DNA of 59,488 bases, filler included, from Sphacelaria rigidula (taxonomy: Eukaryota): assembly GCA_964200075.2 (NCBI GenBank). It is 7 parts of 7 records of this genome, joined end to end, with 100 filler letters (N's around TTAATTAATTAA, not from the genome) between each part and the next. Parts side by side here need not be neighbours in the genome. Positions count along the whole stretch, not along the records: positions 8,514 to 16,926 come from CAXNAA020011226.1; positions 17,027 to 25,439 come from CAXNAA020011227.1; 5 more parts are not named here. One strand, 5' to 3'. Positions 10,975-22,034 of the stretch are shown one piece after another. Under the pieces are notes generated by a model. It was not told the DNA's origin. It searched no databases and was given only the letters and a program-made list of their open reading frames with translations. A program made the position numbers and the translations under genes. The first letter of the stretch is position 1. Each line of letters begins with the position of its first letter.

Positions 10975-12292
10975 GCTCCCCCCCCCTCTCCTCTCCGCGG
11001 CCGCCAAAAATACCGACACTTCGAAACTTTTATGTTTTTAGCTGCCCACGCGCAGGCCGTCTGTGAGTGGTGGGTGCAGTGTTCAACTGGGTGTACTTTC
11101 GGAAACATAGGAAGGTTGAGGTTCCGCAGTTCTTCCTCATTTTCGACAGCCTCTGAGGGGGGGAAAGAGGGGGTAGGGGGAGTGCCTCGACTGCAGCTGT
11201 AGGGCTCGTTGGCGACAGACACATTTATCCACGTGATAAACAATGACTTTTTTGGGCGCGTCAACAGGAACGAACGCCACGAGTTCGACACGAGGCACAG
11301 GGATTAGCCAGCGCAAGCTAGTGCGGTGTATTGGTTGCAATGCTTACCGCCTTGCTTTCGATTAACTATTTGATCGCATATCCAGCTAATTTTTCTTGTA
11401 CACGGTCGAGGATATCTTTATCCGCACATGCTGTACCAAGTTGATTCCAATTGTCATGTCAAGCTATGGTGCGCAGACATCACGTAGCCAAGTCTGGACG
11501 CCAATGAAACTCGGCTTATTGACGGCCGAGCTAAAGACAAAACATGTTCCTCCAAAGTACGCTTTCACACGGATTTAACCCCGAATACAGGTCGCGGCCC
11601 TACAGGAATCTTTCGATCGCGCTTTCGAACGCCAGAATGTGTGAGTTGTCATGGAAAAAGGAGGGTAGATTTTGCACCGTCCGCGCGAACGTCGCGGGTG
11701 TTTTGGAGAATGTCCGTCATCCGTTTGTGCGCTGCAGTGAACGGAATTTGGGAATAATTCATTTAAAACATAGCCCCAGAGTTCTCTTGTAGCTGTTGCA
11801 TATGGGTGGAGGCGTGGTTGGCTACATTCGGGCAGCCTACGTAACTGACGGCGTTAGATTTCGGGAGAAGCAGTGAGGAGTATGTATGCCACTGTCATAT
11901 CTGGCTACTCTACATACTGCATCTGCGTATGCAGGCGTCGTAAAACGCTGCCGTGTGCACGAAGAGCTCAGCGACTTCCGCGGATATAAGGAGATTGGCG
12001 TACCAGTGGCACTAGCAGCACACTCAGGAACTCCGGCGAGATCCACAAATCTTCGTGCCATGTATCTCGAGGGAGGTAAAGCAATCAGCAGTATAGTTGT
12101 GGCGCCGTCAACCGGGCGGAGCGCTGTCAGCTGAAGTGCCAATGGTCGGTACCGCCATTTCGTATATCATAGATGTAACCGTCAGAACAAGCGATGCTAC
12201 TGTCTGTACTGCACAACGTACACCCTCGAATGCTCAAACCATGAGGGGTTCAAGTAATAAGCGTCACGTCTGGAGCATGGAAGCACCCTGAC

Positions 12293-12423
12293 CTGCCAGA
12301 CTCGATGCCCGACTCCATCGCAATGATCGCGTTCAGCTCCGCCAGCGTTGTGCCGTCATCTAGGCCCATGAGCCTTTTCGAGCTCGCGCCGGATGCCCAT
12401 GTTATCTTCAGGTTCAGCGGCAT
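12293..12423 (-). CDS. Probable first coding exon of a protein with an N-terminal ubiquitin-like fold
   Basis: ATG at 12423, MPLNLKITWASGASSKRLMGLDDGTTLAELNAIIAMESGIESG(R), then AG|GTCAGG donor. Beta-beta-alpha pattern (T.AEL...I....GI) typical of UBL domains; head-to-head with the Kelch gene. Downstream exons not found. Confidence 0.5.
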
Positions 12424-13154
12424 CCCCGCGCTGTATTTCCGACTCCGCGAAACCTTATAGCAACAGCGCCAACCAACGATAGGCAAACTAATGATCAGGG
12501 AACGCTACCACTGATGCCGACACAAGAAAATAGATGAAAAGCTTGAAGCAAGGTTGAAGAGCGGAGTGTACAAAACGGTACCTGGATATCACACTTGCAA
12601 AATGGTGCTCAGACCCGTAGATGAATAATAATTATGGTACCTGGACAAATATACGACACGACGATTTCGAGGGTCGACATCCTCTAAATAGCTTCCCATC
12701 CAAGCTCCACCCTAGGTTCCACCTGATCAGAAAGAAAATACATTTCAATCAAGTAGTACAGATCCCAGGTTCGAGGGAAACAGGAGGCCATACTCAAGGA
12801 ATGTCACAAATCTATAATGTTGTCGCTGGGTACCTACTCGTACCCTCTCACTCGCATCCATTCATGCGGGGCAATAATGTGCACCACGGACCACGGACAT
12901 AGCAGTCGTGTCTGTCGTCTGTTGTCTGTTCTTCGTTTCTCTCGCCCACGGTGTGGTACCATATACGACAGGCCTCTGGTATCTAGAGTGTTCAGAGACA
13001 TCTTTGGTGTTCCTGGTCTTGTTGTGTTGTGTAGTGACTGTCGGCATCGCCGGTGTTTCACACATCGAGCTCGAAAGCTCAGGAAAGGCATTCCACTGTA
13101 ATTTCCGTACCGGACCACCGCAACGGTTGCGCTGGGCTGGCTGCCGCCACAGCG

Positions 13155-16100
13155 ATGAGTGCCCACGGAAGTGAGATGGACACCATCTGGAAAGCTCTCA
13201 AACCGCAGGGGCCTGGAAGACCAGCCGACCGGTGTGGCCATGGTGAGTTGTAGCGCCATTGACTGCTTCCGCTGTTTGGGCTGGATCTGTGTTCCTACAC
13301 GATCTGTTCCACATCTATATGACGGTGTATAACACACCCTCAGATGAACATGTTCAAATCGATTCCCTGGGAGTTTTTAATCTTCCTAACTCTCATGTTC
13401 ACAAAAAACATAACCACGTATTCAACAGAAAATCTCTCGTCGGTATGGTTCTCATACCGTGCAGTGTTAGAGATACCCAAGGTGGGAAAATCGCCGTCGG
13501 GGGTGTTATACTCCATCATACCCGTCTGTGCTTGACAGTGGCTGTACCATGCTTGAACGCGGTATGAACATGTTTTCTCTCGACCTGAACCACTTAGCTG
13601 GCCTTCTTGTCTGTGTTTTCATTAGACTGGATCCATGTGTTGTGCGGTGGAGCGTTTTGTCAGTACATTATTGATGTGCATAGTACTGGCACCGTGCCGT
13701 CAGACAGCCCTGCCACGACTGTGGTGCTGAGTGGGTTGTTCGGTAGTCCAGTCCAATCCGGGATCTTGAGGTCCAGCTTGCACTCCGATGAATCCTGTGT
13801 GTTTTACCATTATGTGTATACACCTTTTTGTTGTTGTTGTTGCCAGTCCCTCAGAAATCGAAAAAAGTTGACCCCGGAGCATACGATAGATAAACTCGTG
13901 CGTGGAACTCAAGAGTTTGTGTTTGGGCTATATTTGTCTCTGCACTCACACCGCCTGCCTGCTGATCCGTGTCGAACTTGTGCTAGCATTTTCCTTGCCT
14001 TTGACGCACTGTAGGACACACTGGTACGCTTGGAAGCGTACGCGAACACGCTCATGGAGTGCGGAAACTTCACCTGTAGGTATAGGGTAGTTAGCCAGCC
14101 GGTACAAGGGTAGATTTAACTCCATGCAAAGAACCATCAGACCGAAGCGGAAATATGTCCTCACCACACCCCTGCGGCTCCATAACATAGAAGCGAGTCT
14201 TCCCTGTACCCCCCACACCGCCGCCGCCCCCCGCTCCCCCTCGTTGTGTCGTACTTGTGAACACAGCGGCAGTATCATCCAGCAATGGCAGCCGCTTGGT
14301 GGTAATGGGAGGATACAACGCTGATGGAATCTTGGATGACGTTTGGGCTTTGGACCTTGAGGCACGGGAATGGTCTCGAGTTGCTGTTGATGGTCCGTCC
14401 CCACCACCACGAGCTTTTTTCCGAGGTGTGAGATGCTACTTTTGGGGGGAAACGTACTCCTGTATGGATCCAGTACTGTTGCACGCATGACGGCAACCGT
14501 TTCGCGGTACCCAGCGGCATGATTCAAACTGGAAACGGACATTGATGACCGCTTCCACTCTCACGTACCCAAACCAATGAGCTCTCTGACTAATGTAGTT
14601 TTTATGTGGAGCTGTTATACTAGGTGCGGTTACTCCTCACGGGGCTGAAAGGGTACCGTGCAGTTGTCGTCTTGGGTATCAGCACCCTCGGTCATCTTGC
14701 AGCCGTCTTCAGGGCGCAACTTGTGATGACATCGCTCTCCAATAGTGCCTTGCCCTTGATCCATGAATCCTTGGGCCCCTGTTCCGCATCGCAGGGTGTA
14801 ATGGCCCACCACCGGGAGGTGAAACGCGCGGGCATGGCGAAATTTTTGCGTACGTCTTTGGAGGATCGGACGCCGAAGGCACCTTCTCGAATGACGTGTG
14901 GTGCTTAGATGTAAATAACAGGACTTGGGGGAAGGTGCACGCAGGGGATCCTGGTGGACGTGGCGGGACAACCACACTCCCGTGCTCTCGTTCGAATCAC
15001 GCCATGTGTAGAATGGGTGGTGTTTTGGTAAGTTGGAATCGAGGGCGTGCTGTATTGACAGTTCTACTAAGGGCCGGATGAGGCTTTTGGGCGTACTGCT
15101 GGCCTTGCTCGCAGAAGACGTCCATACACACTGCGCGATTGATTTTTGTCGGGTGGATGTGTTTGCCACCAGTCGCGGCGTTTCATCGCCGACACACGAA
15201 TATTCTACGGCTGAACTAAAGCTTCTGCATGGTACTCGAACAAAAATGGAAAAATTCATCGCGCCGCAGCTCCTCATCTCGATACACAACTTTCCGAACT
15301 ATTCCGCGTGCGCAGGCTGTCCACGGTGGAGAGTCCTCTTCGGGCGATCTTCTTGGTGACCTGTGGCTCTTCGATCCTGCAACCGCGTCGTGGCACGAAG
15401 CGCTCACCTCTGTGACAACAGGCCCGCGTCCCTGCGCCCGCTCTTCCCACTGCCTGGTCCACGCGACCATCGGAGGAGAGTCTCCAGAATCTACAGAAAC
15501 GTCTTCGTTTGATGGATCACTCGTCGTTTTCGGGGGGTTAGGCAGTGACGAGACTGCGAAAATTGAAGGCGAGGAAGAGTGCATGCCGTTGAATGACCTC
15601 TGGGTTTTAAGTCCTGCGTCACCTGCGACGTTGAGCAAGGGAGGAGAGGCGGCGGCTACTCCCGCAGCTGGTCACAGCAGCAATCAAACCTTGCCTTTGT
15701 GGACTTTGGTTTTGTTGGATGGGGTGGGTCCGTCTCCGAGATCCTTGTCGGCTCTTGCGGCACGAAGACCACCGTCAATTGCTGTCAACTCCGATGATGG
15801 TGGTGATGATGATAACTGTAGCGAAAGCTATGGCCACGATACTGCGAGAGACAGCAATCGCAGAACGGCAGAGCTGTTCATTTTTGGTGGCTACGGCCTT
15901 GTGGAGTTGCCGAGCGACAAAGATGGGAAAAGGCATGACGACTCTCACGGTCAGGATTCCGATGAAGATGGGGAGATCATCATGGCCTATATTGACGATC
16001 TTTGGGGCTTAAGCCTGATGCTACCAAGGCGCGGTGGTGAGAGCGTTGACGGTTGTAGTGTGAACAGTAACAGCAAGACAAGCTGTGCTTCCAGTGATTG

Positions 16101-16302
16101 CGTTGGGCCTGCCAGTGAAAACGGGTGGGTGGATGAGGAACAAATGGGATATCCTGGAACTTCTCCGGTGGAAGGACGGAATGGTCACACATTGACGTGG
16201 TGTGGAGACAAGCTGATACTTTTCGGCGGGTTCGTGGGAGATGGGTTTGATGCTGGTGTGCATGTTGCAGAGGTGCCCTCTGTGTCTACAGTAGAGTTAT
16301 AG
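13155..16302 (+). CDS. Kelch-repeat (beta-propeller) protein, 4 exons, ~488 aa
   Basis: Exons 13155-13242, 14267-14425, 14795-15027, 15316-16302, all GT-AG and phase-consistent (1467 nt including stop). Repeated motifs: PADRCGH..LVVMGGY..DDVWALD, YVFGGSD..NDVWCLD, RSNH..VHGG..DLWLFD, RSSH..VVFGG..NDLW, LFIFGGY..DDLW, RNGHT..LILFGG. Confidence 0.9.
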
Positions 16303-16816
16303 TAGTAGTGGTGGGCAATTAACACGCTATAAATAAAGGCACAGTTGCTGACCGTATGATCGATACGAAGTACCTTTTCTTGTGGCTTCCCGTCACGATA
16401 CCTAATGTTATCTATGATAGAGTCGTCAACAGTATCCCGATTGTTGATCGTTGTCATCGTTTGTCTTAGCGTGCACAATGCGCAGCATACCGTATCGTCA
16501 AACCAGTCACCCGTCACATTATCCTTTGCAAGTTTTTTAGGTCCTGGTAGGTACTGTGCCTCAGGCAAGGTAGTGTGGGTTCGGAATTTATACCCCGACG
16601 ATATTTTGCAAGTGTTTCCAATTGGAGATTTGTGCACTCCAGAAATCAGTAACTACTTCTTGTTTCATGCACTCTGGCGCACGCATATTCTCGACACTGC
16701 GTACCATAAGACCATGAAGGAACGACACTGCGATTCATGTCGCTGTTATTCGGGGGTGCTCGTGACGATGCACTCTGTATTCGCTGGGGGTGCTGTTACG
16801 ATACAATTGAACCGGT

Positions 16817-16890
16817 CGCCCCGGTGGCTCAGTTGGTGACCTCGTAACCTTCTGACGGTTGAGTAGTGGGGTTTGATTCCCGGAGCGATC
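16817..16890 (+). mobile_element. tRNA-derived SINE head / tRNA pseudogene
   Basis: Pol III A-box TGGCTCAGTTGG and B-box-like GGTTTGATTCC at tRNA spacing; no convincing cloverleaf. Confidence 0.55.
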
Positions 16891-16926
16891 TGGAATATTT
16901 TCTCACACCATGCCCAACAGTGGAGA

Positions 16927-17026
16927 NNNNNNNNNNNNNNNNNNNNNNNNNNNNNNNNNNNNNNNNNNNNTTAATTAATTAANNNNNNNNNNNNNNNNNN
17001 NNNNNNNNNNNNNNNNNNNNNNNNNN
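16927..17026. other. Artificial contig spacer N44-TTAATTAATTAA-N44
   Basis: Same 100-bp linker. Confidence 0.99.
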
Positions 17027-17420
17027 AGCTGTATTTTGAATATCCCTCCTGTCGGTCTCAACTGGGGTCTGAACTAGCGACGGAAAGTGCTGGTACCCTC
17101 TCCCTCAGGTAGGATTTGTGACAACCGGGGGGGTATTTGGGGAACATCGCTCGGAATGAAACATGTAGACTAGTATTCAGGGGTATCGCAGTACATCTTT
17201 CCCAGTTCAAAATCGAAATTTCCTTGCATGAAGCTTTATACCCATTATAATGAACGACTGCTTTCCAAGAAAACCATCCGTTATTGCGGGACTTCCCCTG
17301 GGGTCTAATCCTAACTCTGAGGTTGTCACAAATCCTACCTGAGGGAGAGGGTACCAGCACTTTCCGTCGCTAGTTCAGACCCCAGTTGAGACCGACAGGA
17401 GGGATATTCAAAATACAGCT
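17027..17420. repeat. 100-bp perfect inverted repeat (17027-17126 / 17321-17420) at contig start
   Basis: Arms identical base for base; the left arm runs to the contig edge. Confidence 0.9.
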
Positions 17421-17813
17421 GATGCGGGTTCGAAATGAAAAAAACGGCTCGGATTTTGCAAGCGCGTTGCACTACAGTAGTATCCTACGACAGCCCCACC
17501 GCGAAACCAGTTCTCAACACAGCCACAGCGGAAGGGGCTATACAAGGCGTGATGGCTGGTTCAGACTGGATGAAGCGTCTCCCATGGGCGCTACTGGCGA
17601 AACAACCCCGAGCGTGGGACTAGCCCTTACCCCGGTTGTGTGTGTATGCAGCTTTGTTGTGGGGCATCCATTTTATTCAACAGACGACTGTACTGTAGTG
17701 ATGCTGTACTCTGGCGTGCTGGTATATCTCAGCAGACTGCTGAACTATGCTGCGTTTCAAAGATCGCTGGCGTCTGTCGCCGTACTGGATTGTTTCGCTG
17801 ACGGCGGTCATCG
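17115..17813. mobile_element. ~700-bp interspersed non-coding repeat (second copy 54762-55470), possibly Helentron-type non-autonomous
   Basis: Colinear high similarity to 54762-55470; short inverted TGTGACAACC/GGTTGTCACA motifs and CTAATCCTAAC. Superfamily is inferred. Confidence 0.8.
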
Positions 17814-17998
17814 GGAGTGCAGGTACGGATTTACTGTCGGAGCTCGCCTCCCCTTGTACTGTACCTTCCGTAGGTGACAGTCCAACAGACACTGTAACAA
17901 TGTCTACGACTGTCTCCTCGCTCCTAATGTCGACAGTGAACACAAAGATAAATGAAGGTTGTTATCCCGCCAAGATTGGGCGCGAGAACAATGAGCCG

Positions 17999-18660
17999 AG
18001 CCTGCGTGCCGCGCAGCAATACTTTACCTAGCCCACATCACCTCCTTTTCATGTCACGGCTGAAGCTGTTTACGCCCCCGTGGAAGGCGTAGTAGTCAAT
18101 CATATCAGCGGACACCAACTAGTCCGCGGTCGTGGTGGTAAGATAGCAATGGTGTATCAGATGCATAGGAAAGGATTGATGCGGGTCACGCCGAAACGGA
18201 AAGTCGACTTGCGCCATTTCCGTAGACAAACTTTGCTGTACTGGGTAGGCAATGTTGCGCAACACCGTCCCTAGAACCGAAGATACAGGTCTAAGCGGAA
18301 GGGCGCGGCGGCGCGGGAGCTGGCCCGGGAGCATTCGGTCCGGTTCGTCATGGCTAGCTATAGCCTTGTTTCGCGTGCGCAATACTTGCTTTCTTTTCGC
18401 AGGAAACGTCTACCGAAAGGCGCGTATTTCTGGTACAAGGCGCAGGACTCCCTCTGGTGGTTGAACAAGATTCAATTTCCAGCCCCTGACTCCGACATAT
18501 ATTTCTCCATCCGCTTCCTCGATGACTCCGGCCCCCTTATGCTCATTTTAGACGATGCTTACTACACTGAAGCGTCGTCCGCTCGCCGCGGGTCCTGATG
18601 TCTGCAGCATCACGATGATGGCAACATAGACGACGCTATTCTCTGGAATACCGACAATTC
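17999..18660 (+). pseudogene. Decayed ORF end, probably LTR-retrotransposon pol C-terminus (chromodomain-like plus PWWP/Tudor-like)
   Basis: One frame with in-frame stops at 18029, 18272 and 18596: SPPFHVT..VNHISGHQLVRGRGGKIAMVYQMHRKGL..RKVDL..LLYW..GAAARELAR..LPKGAYFWYKAQDSLWWLNKI..SIRFLDDSGP..GS*CLQ. The integrase core is absent, so the retroelement origin is inferred. Confidence 0.65.
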
Positions 18661-18760
18661 ATGGAAAGAAGACGACTCTTCATGTATTCTGTCCTACCTC
18701 CCCCGTACAGCGTCGTCTAGCTGCTTCCACATCACGGCCGTAACCCCCATTTTTTGTTGC

Positions 18761-18955
18761 TGTGTATGTGGGTGCATGTGTGTATGCGCATGTGTGTGTG
18801 CGTGTATGCGTGTATGTGTGCTTGTGTGCTTGTGTGTATGCGTGTGTGCTTGTGTGTATATGGGTGTGTGTATGCGCATGTTATATGTGTATGCGTGTAT
18901 ATGCATGTATGTGTATATGTGTGTGCGTGTATGCGTGTATGAGTGTATGTGTGAA
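18761..18955. repeat. Compound alternating purine-pyrimidine (TG/TA/CG) microsatellite
   Basis: TGTGTATGTG...GCGTGTATG over ~190 bp. Confidence 0.95.
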
Positions 18956-19511
18956 TGGTCGCGTCCCCATGCCGTGTTGGAGCTGCCCCGCATGTTGGAG
19001 GTCGGGTTGATATGGTTCTGGAACTGTGGTACCCTTGTTCGAACACATTTATGTACCAAGACAAGGTGATCCAAGCGCATTGGAACGGGTTTTTGTTTTG
19101 CGTTTCGACGGGTGGCTCGATCAACTGTCATAGCCCGCCGTACGGTATTTGTGGAAATCCCACATTGAGGTTTTACATCCAACAACCCATCTGAAATTGG
19201 TAAACTGGCGAATTTTCTGAGGACGTGTGTATGTTCATCGTGTGGAGTTGGGAGTTGCGAATAATCCGCAGTTTCACACTCCCGTCCTCGTGTGGCTCGA
19301 CATTTCTGGAGGACTGGGACCACCTTGTAGTCTTTCCCTCCACTGTCATCCATTCTGTGCTGAGGTGTTTACTGCACTTGCTCCTTGCTAGCTGCGAGGG
19401 TCTCAGCCACCTTCTTCTCTTGATAATTATTTCGGTTTTTCGCGTTTTTGTTGCTGCGTCTCTCCGACATTCACGGAAGCCACCAACACAGGCGGTTCTA
19501 GTGGCCTGTCG

Positions 19512-20028
19512 GACCCGAGACGACCCCTCCCTTCTTTTCAGCCCAGCATTTGCGAAAACGGATGACCGATACCCCAAGGGCTTCCTCAGTAAATGTTACT
19601 TTACATAACCAGCCGTGTATTCGACATTTGTTCCAACGGATCACCGATACCTCAAAGGCTTCCTCAGCAAATTGTCATGTGTAGATGTCCATTATACTTT
19701 TTTTTCTTCTCTTTGTTTCTCTTGTTTTTCTCGTTTTTGTTCCTGCGTCTGCACGACCTTCCCTCCCTCGTAACTCGTTGGATCCGAGACACCCCGTTTC
19801 TTGTCCTTAACCCAACATTTGCGAAAACGGATGACCGATCCCCCAAGGGCTTCCTCAGTGAGTGTGACTTTATATAACCGGCTGTGTGTTCGATATTTGT
19901 GCCAACGCATGACCGATACCCCAAGGGCTTCCTCAGCAAATTGTCACGTGTTTTTGGGTATGACAACTGTGGATTTTGTTCGTCGGCGTGTGCGAAAACA
20001 GATGGCCGACCCCCCGGGCTTCCTCAGT
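19512..20028 (+). repeat. Local higher-order tandem repeat with five GACCGATACCCCAAGGGCTTCCTCAG-like units
   Basis: Units near 19561, 19640, 19830, 19910 and 20001; 19512-19680 is duplicated at 19781-19950. Confidence 0.85.
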
Positions 20029-22034
20029 ACGCGCCGCGCGGCGATTATCGCTGCACGGTCCTGGAGCTTCAATCGGCCGATGCTGCCCCTCCTAGGCCCT
20101 ATACTGCGAGCTATCTCGTCGGTATTGACACCGGTATGAGTTTTTTCATGCACCATCTCAATGTTGAAAGTGATGTCTTCTTGATCGTTATGGCTTGGCG
20201 GGCCCCTTGGAACCGATTCACGTGAAATCCTACTGCGAGTGTCGCGCTCCCCCTTGATGTCCGTTCGACCGCGAGTACTGCAGTCCCCGTTGCCTAAGGA
20301 ACAGCCTGTTTCGTGTGGGTTTCCAGAGTGTTTGATCGTAAGACCGTCCGGGTTACGCGCTGATCTTATCGCCGGAGCGTAGCTTGTTTGTGTTCGATGT
20401 TGGGTTGATAATACGATCATCCGGGTCACGTACTGATACTGCAGACCGTAGTTGTCAGGCTAGGCACCTCCCACGTTGATTTGGGTTTTTCTGCTTCCTT
20501 TGTGTGTACCAGGGACTGGCCTTGGGGTCAGTAACCTCTCGGGCACACATGTCTCGGAGTAAAGCAACGTTTGGATAAAAATGTTTGATTCGGCCGTTGA
20601 GGGATGGCAAGTTGTTGGAAGATCCAATTCAATATTCCGAGCTGTTGGCAGCAGTCGATATTACATACAAATTGCAGAGTTGAATCGTCTTGTCTGCTGC
20701 GCATTGAATGTTCATGTGTACAACAGGTAACGTTGCCGGAACGTTCCTTGGATTGAGAATTTGCTTGTCTGTATCATGACTGGGTATGGATATAATTCTA
20801 TGTGTGAGGTCGATGGTGCCCCCAGTGCCCCCCATAATCACTCTCTCTCTCGGATACCGGACACCATCAGCTTCAGCCGCCGTTGCTCTGAGTTTCAAGT
20901 GAGTCCTTACCAGTAAGCTTTATAGTCGCGGAGAACTCCTGGCTCTGGTTCGTATTGTAAACTACAAGGAAATAATTCATTTATGTGAACAATTCGAACT
21001 GCTCACTGTGGTTCAGATTTAGGTTGAGTTATTGATATATTGCTGCCAGCTGTGCATTGCAACCAGGCACATGCGGCTCGAGTCTCTGTTCGTGAGAACA
21101 CACAGGACAAAGGTGTAAGGTGGCAGCCTTTCGGAGGCGACTAGGCCTTATTACATAACAGTTTTTTTTTGGCGTTCGTTTTTCCCTGATCCTTTTCTGT
21201 ATTCGATGGTTCCATGTATTGCTTTTCCTTTGGATAGTGTTTTCTATCTGATTTTTCGCGGCCGTGTTGTGACCACGGCTGGATTTTTTAGCGGATTGAT
21301 GAATATGTGATAACTCAATCAAATCATTACGAGCTGGGCCAGCAGTAACTACCGTATTCGCTTTTCACACACAACTTCTCAAGTTTCCCAAATCAGCGCG
21401 GCTTGAGCATATCGCTGTGAACTGCAGTCCAACCTCATAAAGCTGGGAGGCGTTTACGATCAAATCTGTGATTTTATAGTTGCGGGTCTGATCAAGCTCG
21501 ACTAGGTCGGATGTGACATTGATAAAGGGAGTACGCATGGTTTTTCACCGGCTTGTGAGCCCTACCGGCTTACTTGCTAACGTGGAGCTAACAGCTAAGC
21601 AAATGCTACAGCCGGTGAGTAACGTGAGAGAGCATCGAACAGAGCGATAACGAATACGAGTGAACAAGAGGGTTTTGTATCAAGTGGATATAGCTTACTG
21701 CGTGAAGCTATTGAGGTGTGAACTGTTTCGGACACGAAGTGGTAAAAACTTCCCCGCAGGAACTGTCAGACTTGATCCGACTTGTCCCGCGTGCACACAG
21801 AGGTGCATGCTTCACAACCCTATCACGCCCACCTGGTAACACACGGCACCGCCGCTGCATGGAAAACAAACGTACTGCATGATATATGATAACGGCGAAC
21901 GAAAAACAAAATCTATCGGAATTGGAACTCATGACCTCCATAACTGGAGTCTTCTATATCACTTGGATTAGAGGGGCGTGGTCGAAACGTTTGGTGGATT
22001 CCGAGTTCTGACAAGCAATTGCAGGTACGTCTGA

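Noticed and set aside
14015-14079. Extra exon in Kelch intron 1 (AG...GT bounded)
   Set aside because: The phase-1 reading hits a stop; exons 1 and 2 already join into a perfect Kelch motif.
16817-16890. Functional tRNA gene
   Set aside because: A/B boxes are present, but the acceptor and anticodon stems do not form and the B-box deviates; treated as a SINE head.
18694-19353. His/Thr-rich and Cys/Val-rich ORFs
   Set aside because: Translations of the TG microsatellite.
19512-20028. CRISPR-like array of a ~26-nt repeat
   Set aside because: Spacers are irregular and homologous to each other, the repeats are degenerate, there are no cas genes and the context is eukaryotic.
20050-21540. Minus-strand gag-like or other decayed ORF
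   Set aside because: Short broken frames with no recognisable motif.
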